From the NCBI GenBank assembly GCA_040954595.2, contig CM082582.2, positions 7,938,063 to 8,002,062 on the forward strand: 64,000 bases of DNA, given 5' to 3'. Both the position numbers and the translations under genes were made by a program. Below are positions 53,601 through 64,000 of the stretch, piece after piece; position 1 is the stretch's first letter; each line of letters begins with the position of its first letter. Below the pieces are notes generated by a model. That model made no database searches, had not been told where the DNA came from, and was given only the letters and a program-made list of their open reading frames with translations. This stretch comes from Balanoglossus misakiensis (lineage: Eukaryota; Animalia; Hemichordata).

Positions 53601-56600
53601 TGTTAACCGTGTTTCTGAAGAAATAGGTTGTGTTATGGTATGGGGCCAGTGTTGTCCGAATTCTGTCGATAATTCACGAGAGTTATGATGTTGTAAATCA
53701 CACTTTATGGAAACAGAACGTACAGAGGTAATTACTAGCATTAAGCATTAAGACTACCACAGGTACCATTTGATCTATTCCCTCCCTCCCCCATTTCACT
53801 TATTCTTTGAATAGTACATCGTACTCAAAAAATAATAAACATACTAAACACATGCATAAAAATGAAAAGTGAAATTAAGGAATGAGTGATCTGCAGAAGG
53901 CTATTTGCTAGACACACCAAATGTCCACAAAGAACATCAATATTTTCCCATAGTATTTTGGTAATTTCCTTCAAAAAGCCATTACTTTCACTACGTTTAC
54001 CCTGATTATGGTTCTCAGAATAAAGCAAACAGTTATTTTATTCCATTACGTACAAATGATTATTTAATAACAATATTTACGTGGAATATATCTGCAGGCT
54101 GGATTAGAGCAATGTCGTCTTGCTGAAAACCGCTCTTGTTTGAAGAAGTGAGGCATCGTGAATAACTTGTCATGTGGAACAGAAATGATGAAAGTGAAGG
54201 CATCCCTTGGTAGATGATGTTATGATATCAAAGATATTTTTTCCTCAACGGTATGGATTTCAGATTGAAGTGATGGTCCACTGGATTTGATCTGATAATA
54301 AAATCAGAGGAATCGCTACACGTATGTACAGTTTCGTAGTCATGTGATTGTCTTGTGCAGGTGAAGAGATCACTTGATAGAGCATTTCTGTCATTTATTT
54401 CCGATGCAATAAAGATGAGCGTAAGAAAGTCATCATTTTCCCTCCAAATGACAAGATATATACCTTCAGGAACATCACATCAGGAACAGTCTCTATTTAA
54501 TTTTTCAATAACCACAATGCAAAAGAAATGAAAACTACTGCAGTACTCATCCAAGAAATACATATTTTAAACCCTGGTTTATGGCATGCCATAAGCCATG
54601 ATGTAATGTACCGGTCGGTATATAAGACCCATCGCTCAAATACTGCGGTTATGAACATAGTGCGTTCACCAGATTTACAAATTTTATGATTGAGGCGTGG
54701 CAGTTATTGTGTTCGACAATGAAACTATAAACCAATAAACGTATGAGCGCAGTGATCTGATGGCAAATCCCAGCATTAAGTTCATCAAGTGGTGCATTTG
54801 CAGAATTTTATGACAGTGGGAAACACCGATACACAATCATAAAATGTTTATTGAGACTGGCGATTAAATTCCGTGCCGTTGCTGCCCTGGCTGTTGTTTT
54901 CTTTCAATGTTATTCCGCGAAGTTTGATTAAAACGAGACGAAACCCACCTTGACCACCGTCGGCAATTAGTCTACCCGTGCGACCTGAAACATGTGCGGC
55001 TCGCGCGCGGAATTGTGTAGGCTTTTGCATGAGCCGCTGCTAGCTTCGACGGTGTCATCTCAACTATCACTCATCCGACACGTGTGACAGCCCGTTCAAT
55101 GTCCGCTGTCCATCCAATTTTCTGTGAATGCCAGCTTTAAACGCCGCTCGGATGTGCGTTAGTTCTTAAATGGGTCTCTGGGTGTTGATTCTGGGTGGCA
55201 ACATTGTTTCAATTTCACCCCGCGTCTCGCAATGAATAGCTCGTTTACAAAAGAAAGATTAAATTAGAACCCTGAAACGTGGAAACTGGAGTAGAGGTTG
55301 CGAAAGTTAATTTGCGACCAAGGCACGCATTATTCCCTTAAGATTGTGACATCATTGGAATGAAAACATACAAAAATTGGATGAACATGACTTTTTTATA
55401 GTTTGAGTTAATTGTAATAGTTTAATGCATCAGTAAATTAGACGTTGCGTGCGTCTCTTGTATAAGAATTTAATGCACTTTTTGGTTTCAAATCGCTTTC
55501 AATTAGCACATTTGTGCAACCCCTTTTTCAGTGCAATTTAACCATCAGTCACTTCCAAGACGTTTCGCTAATAGCTCTGTAGAAAACGTTTCTCTCTCAG
55601 GCTCGGTGCAAATTATACAGTTGTGTAAAAATGCTATAGCCGAAACGTCAGCTCAAGTTCCGCCTGAATGGTAAATAGAACCCGAGCCACCGGCTACGTT
55701 TAATGTGGCCCTTGCTCTCTCGTGTCAGTTCATGGCCACTTCCCGTGTGATTTAGAGACGTGTGCCTATCTTGGCGAGAAGTCATTTCCAAATACCTCGC
55801 AGGTAAAAGCTCCAGCGTACTCATTACACCTGCCCTCGATGACCTTTTCGAAACCATGAGCTATTTATGAGGATATATACCTTTAAATAGGAAAGTCGGT
55901 CACCACCTTTGCAATACACAGCGCTGGGAAAAAATGCAAACTTGCCAGAGAATATAGATCTTCATATAACTTAACCGCACACGTTCTAAGCTTTAGTGAA
56001 GATTATCTCGACTTGTGTGATATTAAAGTTTGAGTTCAGATTCAGCACGACGGCATTATTGTTCCAGGATATAAATGACTATTTATGTTTGTGGGTTGGA
56101 TCTTTGTTCCAAAATCATGGAGTGACGTAAACACCAGGATGTTAAATTAACTTCTCTGCAGCGATGCAGGATATGATTGCAACAGCCACGCGGCCCAGTA
56201 AATGAACTTCGTATTAAAATTTCACACTCCTACTGGTTTCGTGCGTCCTTTCTCGCCAGAACTCTAAATATAACCCAGGTAATTTCCCATGAAAGAGTGT
56301 CGACTGCCGGTCTGAATGAGCGCCTCGATTGATGTACGTTAGTCCGTTTGATGAAATAATGACTGGTTCAAGTTCTCAGTAACGCAATTTATTTTCCCGT
56401 GGCAATCGTTCAATGGTTCTACGTTGCACACCTCTGCCTGCAGACTGCATTAATTAAGGCCATTAAGCTTGCTTTCTCTGATCTGTCCACTTCAATGAAA
56501 CTCTTCCAGAACGAAGTCTGAAAACATAACCAGTGCTCCATACATCACTGTGTGCATTGATTTTCGGGCATTTATCTCCCTCTGTCTCACACAAAGCATT

Positions 56601-59600
56601 TCAGTATTTTGACCGAATTCCTGTATTTCATGTACCGTACATGTAAAGTGGTTTGGGATCTATGAGAACATTTCTGCTACCCCTAATAATGCCTGCACTG
56701 ACTGATATGATATACACCAATGAGGACCTTGGTAAAAAATTTACTAAACGGTCATGCACCACCCTTAACAAAACCACTGAATACTAGTATTCTGTTTGAT
56801 GACACGTATTCAGGTTGTAAACGTGCCGCAGTGAGACAGCGATTCACGATGGCTGCAGGGAAATCCACCTTTCAGCATTGGCTGATTGCTCGTTTGATCC
56901 AAAGGCATTGGAAAGGATTTTAACGAGCTGTCAGCGCACCCAGCTAAGACTCTCGGAGATCTCGCAGTTACATGTGAGAATCTTCACAGAGTACAGCAGC
57001 TGGTGTAATGGACTAACAATGTCTTCATCTGGCGCTTCATGCAGTCAGACTTTTATTGCCAATAATTTCCTGTCTGGTTAATACATAACGCTAGTGTTGG
57101 GAGATGGCCATTTTCTACCACTTAGGCATTCTGTAAGCATACGCAATTGTCAGTCATTGACGGAGAATCATTAATGGTGATATTGCATGCTTCCCAGGCT
57201 GCATGCTGATGTTGCGCGGAGCTGCTTCGTCTTTATTTTTTATCACATCATAATATACTTACAAAATACAGCCATGTTTGGATGCAGGCTAGATATGTCC
57301 ATCATACTTTCGATGTGAGTCATGTAGTACGTGTACAGAGCACATTACGTCCATACATGTCTGTATTTCTACGTAAAACGTAGTGTATGTTGCATACATT
57401 GCACATGTATCATAAATACATAATCTTGTAGGTAGCCGTATAGATCACTGTGCAAATGAATACAAAGTTGTCCTGTATATGGTGAGAATATGTACAAGGA
57501 AGACATATATTCAAACCATTCTTCTCTTAGCAATCCATCATTTTTGAGACCTTGCAACCAGAATCAAATAAAGAATGAATGTTGGTCTAATGGGAAGAAA
57601 CATACTGTGATGATGAAGATTATCACCCGTTTGAGATTAGAAAAAAGTGAACACACAGCAGGCACTCAAATTTGTCTAATTCTCGTTCGGAATACCAAGT
57701 CCGCCAATACCAATACATGTCCATTTGTAGAAGATGTTGTTTTTAATAGGCAGCCTTCTGAGAACAGATAAGCAGTCATGTCTCTCACTAGACTGGAATG
57801 TGAGCACCATAAAACAGGCAAAGTATAATTGCTGCATTTTGACAAATTTAGACGACAGTTTACATGCTGCGTAATGAAGGCTCTTGAATCATCATGATTT
57901 TCTTCCTTCTCATAGGCCGTAGACTTCATTCATAGAGGTTATGGTACATACCAGAAACTGTTATCATAATATTTTCACACCATGCACAAATAAATACATG
58001 AAAAATCATTGGGAAACATTTAATTGTACAATGAATAATAGAAAGATGATCGTGGTGTTCACATTGCTAAGTGATGATAGGCAGTTCCCCCCCCCCCCCC
58101 CCCACAGAATTCACTCAAGTGTCGGATCAAATTAAGTTCAATCTTTGCAGACGCCTTCAGTTTGAGCATCCTTATCGTTTAATGACAATGCGTTCTCATT
58201 TAATAATTCAGTGTATCGCTCATCGAGTTTTCATGTTGCAATCTAGCTGCACTTTTAATGACCCGAGCTACATCAGAATGTAGAACACCTGAGTGACGGC
58301 TTTCTTTCAGTAAATTTCTGACAGCATACAGTGTTGAAACAGATCAACTTAACAGTTGTACTTGAACTGCAAAGTGCAAAGAAATTGATTTCACCGCCTC
58401 CGGGTGTTGACACAGACTCAACTGATAGGCCGACAAGCCCATTTGATACTGTCAACACACACTTGAGGTGCCTATCGTATTAGCTCTGTAGCCTGGAGCT
58501 CGACTAGTGACCCAGACACTATGACACCATTCTCATTTTACATATATGTGTAGTGTACTTGTCTCGTCAATTCTTAGTTTAGCAGTGTAAACATACACCA
58601 ATATCTGATAGCTTACGACGTGTAAATTGTTAAATAAACTATTGAAGTCCATCAGCATGGCACACCTGTTAAATCGTAAAAGAAGCCATTTGATTGGTTC
58701 GTTTTGTTTATTAAAGAAAACAAGTCCTGATTGGGTCCTTTTTGTTTGTTAAAGGGGAAAAAATGGATACGCCTTAAATGATAGAAAGGGGGTGTGTTTT
58801 AATAGACGACAAGTCTTGTATCTAAGGTTAAAATGTGTGAATAGAAGAATAGTGTATCACTGCAAAAAAAAAACTGCTGTGTTTTCATTTCTGTAGCATA
58901 TGTCACACAAATTGATGTGATGACACAGGCAGATATCATATTAGTGCCTTTAGTGATAAAACGTCAGTATAAATAATTGATCAACTTTAGATGACACAGG
59001 AGGAAATTCCTGTCAATGCATAATGTCTGCGCAATGCACTACATATGCCATCATCTGTCTTTCCAGGGAAATTTCTGACAGATTTCATTGTCAGTTCTGT
59101 AGGTATTGACGCTTGGAATATTAACCATATGATTTCTCAGTCAACCTGTTGTGTGCGTGGGTCTGTGTGACATTGTGAAGTGCATCTCTCTGAATGCATC
59201 TTACTCTCTCTACAGATGAAATGTGCTTCTAGCGCAGTTCATCATTCTCTGTAAATTTTCCTATACTGTGAAATTCCTAGTGTTAGAGTGTTATTTATCA
59301 GCAGTTTTTCAGTCTTGACAACGACTGGTATTATAAAATGACAATTAATAAAAAAGGTAATTTTTCATGTGTTTTTTTCTACCATAAGAAATCGTGGGTT
59401 GTGAAATTATATAAAAGTTGGAGTTTTTTTGCAACAGTGGACGTGTTGTCGCGTAGCCGTCCCATGTGTGGGCTAATTTATCCTAATCAACTCTATCGTT
59501 ATATAGTAGTGCCCGGCATATACATGACTGCAGTGGCGCCATATACTTCAAAATGCATGCATAGATCAGTTTTATGGCAACGGGGATCGCTAAATATCAC

Positions 59601-62600
59601 CAGCATAAACATGATCGATTTAAAAAGTCACTGACCTGCGCTGTCAAGTCTGGAAATTCAACTTCCAGGAAAATGATCAATTGGATTGGATTACGGCATG
59701 TTATAATCCCTTCCATTACCACGGCACGGAATTAAGGCTAGGGTGCCTGGACAAGAACAGGAAATGAAACGGCACGGCCACCGACTATTCAAGGTGACAT
59801 TTATTTAAGCAATCAAGAATCGTTTGAAAAGGGCCCCGGTTACAGGTGGAGTGGCGAAGCTGCTTGGAAATCAGGCCGGAGTTCTGTAAATTCCATTCTT
59901 TACGACCCGCGTTTAAAAAGAACGCAAATAGCTTTATTGGATAACGCTTTATTCCGGGTGATTTACGCGCCCTGACAGGGAAGACTTCGCGGCAGCCACG
60001 CGTACCGGCCGTCACGGTGACGTCTGATCTCGAAAGAGAAGAAAGAGAGATTCAAAACGGCCATTAGTGAACTTGCGCAGGGAGGTGTGATAAATCACAA
60101 GGCACAGGTGCGAGACCGAGGGCTTTTCATCAGAAGTTGAAAAGCGATCGGGCACAGGAAGGCATTGATCATGTTTGCCAGAAGCAGGAAGTCTTTTCCA
60201 TTTTTACGCTGGCTTCACGTTCGGCCCCGGAGATTCTGATTCTGTAATCAAAGTTCAATCAGAACTTTTGTGTGTAATTAAGACAGGGGACGCAAACGTA
60301 AAGATTGATCGGCGTAATATAGATTGATGACATAAAAGGCCGTAGGAATCTGTCCTCCCCAGTAGAACCTATCCCCAGATGTATTGGAAATTAAATGCGT
60401 CTTCACTGTCAGCTAATTTGAAATATGTTTTGCGAAAAATATAACCAATAGTCCAGCTATTATGATGTAGTGCTTTGGCAAATGAGGCTGTTTCATTGTA
60501 TATATGGAATTGCATAAATGCCTTGTGTGTAATATGCATCGGATTACAAAGCATTTCGTCTTTTAATAGCTGCTGTGCTGTGTGTCCGTTTACGAAATCT
60601 TCATTATTCATGACAGGAGCCACAGCGTCTGTGACAGCTAGATCAATCTGGACCACACAGCCAAATAAAGCTTGCAGCATTCAATATCTGCCGTGGACGT
60701 CAAATATTGCTTGTTAAGTTTCGTGGTAATGTCTCTGTGAAATACCATTGGGTGTCTACTTGGTTGCTGCCCGAAGGGGTGATAAGAGTGTAGGGATATT
60801 TGTTGGCGTTTTCTGATGGTCTGGAAGCCTATCGTATAAACACAGATGTAAAGCTTTGAAAGTATTGTTGCCAGCAAATGGCCATAGACACGTGTGGTTG
60901 CATTAGCAAAAAGTTCAAGGTAGCTAGCTACATACATTTGTATTTTAAGACATCAAAGTGTGCACTTACACCTAAGTGTTTAAATCACTTTAAATCCATT
61001 ATAATAAATTAATTATTAAATTTACGAAAGAGAGGTATTGATTAAGAGTTATTGATCAAGGTTATCGTAAAATTCACTTATTGAAATTGACTTTGAGAGG
61101 TGTACCATACCTCAAGCTGGGAATTGTAATGTCCTTGTGACTGAACTTCATTCTGTGTGTTAGATTCCCCTTTGACTCTAAGTGAAAAGGTATAGGATAG
61201 GAAGAGTTAGAGTGTTTATGCTATGTGTTTGTGAAAATCATTGATGTGCAACATAATATAAAAATCAGGAAAATGACAATATCCTAGCATTTTTAAATTT
61301 GGACAAGTTTGCCATCTCAAAACACGTACAATACAAGGAAAACATGCACAGACGAGCATAAATGTGTGTACTTCCTTTACATTTTGTACTGACGTAAGTG
61401 CAGTCCAGTCCCACAACCCCTACACATACCACAATGATTAAAAATTGTATTTCTCGGCAAGATTGGGGAGAGATAGCGGCAGATTGTTATCATCAATCCG
61501 AACAAAGCCCATGCATTCCCATGCGGCCTGGTGTTGGTTTTTTCATAAACAAGAAAACAAGAGTATCGCAAGTGCGGTTTAACCCCCGACAATGGGACGT
61601 GGTAGTTTTTAATTTAAAGATACCAAAGTGATAAAGTGGCCACCCTGATTTGATAGGACAGGAATTCAATATCCTCGCGTTTATTAACAGCTTTATCAAT
61701 TCATCATTTTCAGTTTTTCAGTGATTGGACATTTGTCAAGCAAGAGGAACCTGGCCCCCCTGCCCGTGAGCCAGTCTGTACTCTTGCCGACTTATTAAAT
61801 GATAAATTGTCCGTGCTGAAGTCGTATCGATCTATACAATGCAACCAAATTGCGATATTAAAATTTTGAGTTGTTTTTTACATATATATATAGTTTGCTG
61901 GCACATTATTAAAGTTAAACAAAATTCAAATCGTGGTAATTACATTTCAGTTAAACTGCCTATCACATTTGCGTGGTTGTTTGTTTTGCTCATGGAAGGC
62001 AAAGAAAAAACAACAACAACAAAATGAATCAAAGTCAGATATAAAATGACCACAGGGTGTGTTTATTTTTCAACATAGCTATCACCAACAATGTAAAATG
62101 TTGTAAATGATAATATCATCCATCAAAACAGGGTAGGTCGTAATTGGACCTGCTTTGAAACATATCTGTCAACATGTTTGGGGTTACAGCTGGGGCATCC
62201 TATGAGCAAATCCTTCCTGTGATTTCAAATCCGAATTGTATAGAGTTGCATAGAGAAGGGAAAAAATCTTTCTTATGTCACATAAACTGGACAAATTTGA
62301 ATTTAATAACGTATTGAATTGGGAGTGATTTTCACCACATTGCGATCTTGCTGTTATAATCCAGTTAACTTTGTTGGTAATAACATACAAAATAATAAAT
62401 TATTAAAAAATAAATCATGAAAGTCAGCCAGAATTAAAACATTTGTAGATTCAAAGTATCAATCTTTCTCTCTCACAGCCCCTGCTGTGTGACAGTATGA
62501 CCAAAGTCTGCAGGGAATAATTTTCACTTTCTACCTGAACTAATCCAGAACACGATTTCTTCATTAAGAAATTGGTTTAACCTAATACCTGGTGTATGTA

Positions 62601-64000
62601 CGCCGAAATTAGCTTTGAAAATGTGATCTTGCTGGTTTCACTCAGTTGCATGTTTGGTTTTCCATGCATGAATTTGACGTCATCACTGTCAAAACAATTG
62701 ACAGTTGTCTTGGCAAGAGTAATGGAAAGTTCACTTCAAGTGGATGTAGCATTTGCATTTCTAAATATCAATAGAGAAAATCTATACTTTGATTGAACAA
62801 ACTATGAGAATAAGTTTAAGACTTGATTTTCAAGGCACATACTTGCTTATCAGGGTATCACGTATAGTGTGTCTATTGAAGCGTATAAGGGCGTATGATT
62901 CCCGATAGATTCAGCTGGGAATGTTGTTTTGACACCAGAGTGCATTCAGAGAGTGTCCAAGGCTTCTGGAAAGCATTGGATATTTTATCAACTCCAGTGA
63001 TAAATTAATACTGTCATCTTTAGATGGATGAATTATTTGTGGTGGATACTCAGTGCTGTCAGGAATTTCTTGTCAACACAACCCAGCGTTGCAGAAAGGG
63101 TGACTAGAGGACCATCATCCATTATGTTAGACGGCGATCCATTCAGCAACAGATGGGTCCGGCGTAATTAAAATCGTCACTTTTTGTTTTCCTTTCAGAT
63201 CAACTGTTCACGTGCAGCAGCTGCGGTTTGATCTTCCAGTGCGAGAGCAATTTCCAGGTGCACAAAAAGTACTACTGCAGGGTGTCGGTGTCCGAGTCCC
63301 TGCCCCCTCCGCTGAAGAAGAGGAAGCTCGTGCTCGAAACCGGCCAGTCCACCAGCAGCGAAGACGGCGACACTCCTTCGCAGTCGCCCGGGTTACTCAG
63401 TAACCCTGACGATGATGCATCTCTGCGGTGCAAGATCTGCCATGTTAGTTGCAGCAGCGCGAGTACTTTGGAAGATCACTACACGACTATGCACGATTAC
63501 GGTTACAGGAAGAGAAGCAGCCCCACTGGTGCAGCAGCCGCCCAAGCAGATCCCGATTCATCTGATATTGTTTTGACTAGATCGACGGAAAGCAGCAGTC
63601 CGCAGACTTTAAAGTGCACGGTGTGCGCCTTCACGGCAGAAGACGATGCCGTGCTTCGCGAGCACGCCCTAACTCACGTGTCACAGGAGCCGCACGCGTG
63701 CGAGAGGTGCCGGATGGTCTTCCCGCGGCGATCCCAGCTGATGCTGCACATGATGGAGCGACACCCTGGGCAGGAAGAGGGCGGCACCCCCGTGAAGAGG
63801 ATCTCCAGCCACACGGTCAAGCGAGCCGTCGCCCTGGCGATGGGGCAGTCTGTCGACGAGAAACATCTGGAAGAGGAGTCTGAAAACGAAACGAGGCTGA
63901 GTACGTGCTCCAGCGAGGAGTCGCAAAGTCACAGCAGGATGGAGGATAGCAAACAGGTTAATAGGCCCAGCTCCAGAAACCAGAAGAATGCAACTTTTAG
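20561..64000 (+). CDS. ZFPM: Friend of GATA (ZFPM1/2, U-shaped homologue); 5' partial gene that continues beyond the window
   Basis: join(20561-20600,34894-35078,39807-39936,42819-43034,63199->64000); GT-AG introns with consistent phases 1,0,1,1. MSRRKQLNPKPLKR NuRD-binding motif, PR/SET-like domain, FOG-type CCHC finger CSSCGLIFQCESNFQVHKKYYC, then three C2H2 fingers. Small additional exons in the long introns cannot be excluded. Confidence 0.9.
22062..22109. repeat. 24-bp tandem duplication
   Basis: TTAATTTACATTTATTTAAATACT x2, exact. Confidence 0.9.
25580..26288. promoter_or_regulatory. GATA-site cluster (candidate enhancer) in FOG intron 1
   Basis: 16 WGATAR/YTATCW matches counted by hand in about 710 bp. 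Confidence 0.6.
28971..28996. repeat. (GA)n microsatellite
   Basis: Short perfect dinucleotide run. Confidence 0.9.
29762..29853. repeat. Hairpin-containing fragment, probably a non-autonomous transposon remnant
   Basis: 10-bp inverted repeat CATATAGCAC (29820-29829) / GTGCTATATG (29844-29853) plus a small CCCGC...GCGGG stem. Confidence 0.4.
34253..34648. promoter_or_regulatory. GATA-site cluster immediately upstream of FOG exon 2
   Basis: 11 WGATAR/YTATCW matches in about 400 bp, followed by TATTTATA at 34661. Confidence 0.55.
34894..35078 (+). CDS. ZFPM: ZFPM/FOG exon 2 (acidic stretch, start of PR domain GVCARKRVGKGVLFGPYNG)
   Basis: tttgcag| acceptor, CAG|gtaaga donor. Confidence 0.88.
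36511..36603. mobile_element. piggyBac-type MITE copy (reverse orientation relative to the 1902 copy)
   Basis: Aligns by eye with the reverse complement of 1902-1994; right end GGTGAAAGGGTTAA intact. Confidence 0.75.
39807..39936 (+). CDS. ZFPM: ZFPM/FOG exon 3 (PR domain, KWMRRLQSPTEEEEANLAVYQD)
   Basis: cacag| acceptor, G|gtaagg donor. Confidence 0.88.
39948..40122. mobile_element. Two adjacent, oppositely oriented MITE copies forming a ~175-bp inverted repeat
   Basis: 39948-40030 (TTAACCCTTTCGCCGCCATGGTTTGGTCCAA...) and 40031-40122 (...TTGGACCAAACCATGGTGATGACAAGGTTTAA). Confidence 0.75.
40218..40312. mobile_element. Degenerate MITE copy
   Basis: GGTCCAAA internal motif and GGGGGTGAAGGGGTTGAA end. 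Confidence 0.5.
41224..41302. mobile_element. TTAA-flanked MITE-like element with a different interior
   Basis: TTAACCCTTTGA...TCAAAAGGTTAA imperfect terminal inverted repeat. Confidence 0.45.
42611..42656. repeat. 23-bp tandem duplication
   Basis: TGTAAACCTATGAATATAYGCAG x2, one mismatch. Confidence 0.88.
42819..43034 (+). CDS. ZFPM: ZFPM/FOG exon 4 (end of PR domain, GKIWCQTLREIAEASNICVVY)
   Basis: ttcag| acceptor, AAG|gtgagt donor. Confidence 0.85.
50842..50933. mobile_element. piggyBac-type MITE copy (same orientation as the 1902 copy)
   Basis: TTAACCCTGTCACCCCC...GGTTTGGACCAAACCATGATGGTGAAAGGGTTAC. Confidence 0.75.
51255..51380. mobile_element. Fragment of a second TTAA-flanked interspersed repeat (TTAAGGTAG terminus, Kolobok-like); related fragment at about 46230-46325
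   Basis: The reverse complement of 51352-51376 (ATTTTGCATGGTGACCACCCCC) resembles 46300-46322 (ATTTTGCACAGTGACACCCCC); a CTACCTTAA terminus also occurs at 52632-52640. Confidence 0.4.
63199..64000 (+). CDS. ZFPM: ZFPM/FOG large zinc-finger exon (partial; missing from the ORF track because there is no stop in the window)
   Basis: tttcctttcag| acceptor; open frame DQLFTCSSCGLIFQCESNFQVHKKYYC...PLKKRKL...CKICHVSCSSASTLEDHYTTMH...CTVCAFTAEDDAVLREHALTH...CERCRMVFPRRSQLMLHMMERH. Confidence 0.92.

Noticed and set aside
54579-54594. 16-bp perfect palindrome TTATGGCATGCCATAA (and an 8-bp stem at 16437-16460)
   Set aside because: Isolated short palindromes are near chance expectation in 64 kb and have no supporting context.
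63212-63932. ORF-track entries 63212-63403, 63614-63883 and 63681-63932
   Set aside because: Wrong-frame or antisense shadows of the FOG zinc-finger exon.
1-64000. Prokaryotic-type systems (CRISPR, operons, defence islands), tRNA or rRNA genes
   Set aside because: Spliceosomal gene structure throughout; no repeat-spacer arrays, cloverleafs or rRNA motifs seen.

Overview
Eukaryotic (invertebrate bilaterian-like, possibly ambulacrarian; the taxon is a guess), AT-rich genomic DNA with three spliced protein-coding genes. (1) A complete BANP/SMAR1 gene on + (9 coding exons, 1169-4414, 439 aa, BEN domain). (2) A convergent, almost intron-less ZNF341-related multi-C2H2 zinc-finger gene on - (coding exons 10187-10148 and 9960-7211, 929 aa). 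(3) The 5' part of a large-intron Friend-of-GATA gene (ZFPM/FOG) on + (MSRRKQ exon at 20561, PR-domain exons at 34894, 39807 and 42819, and a CCHC-finger exon from 63199 past the window end). The order BANP - zinc-finger gene - ZFPM mirrors human BANP-ZNF469-ZFPM1. The main unexplained signal is a ~650-nt GC-rich segment (10646-11304) in the putative first intron of the ZNF gene. By hand it folds into more than ten consecutive helices with G-U pairs favouring the - strand, its ends are complementary, and it finishes exactly at the first TTTT, which makes it a candidate unannotated Pol III-type ncRNA. Also present: dense GATA-site clusters in the FOG introns, a possible GATA-driven internal promoter for a NuRD-motif-less FOG isoform, tandem MRE plus CRE motifs, piggyBac-type TTAA MITEs and microsatellites. 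Gene models, folds and family assignments were done by eye and from memory, without tools.
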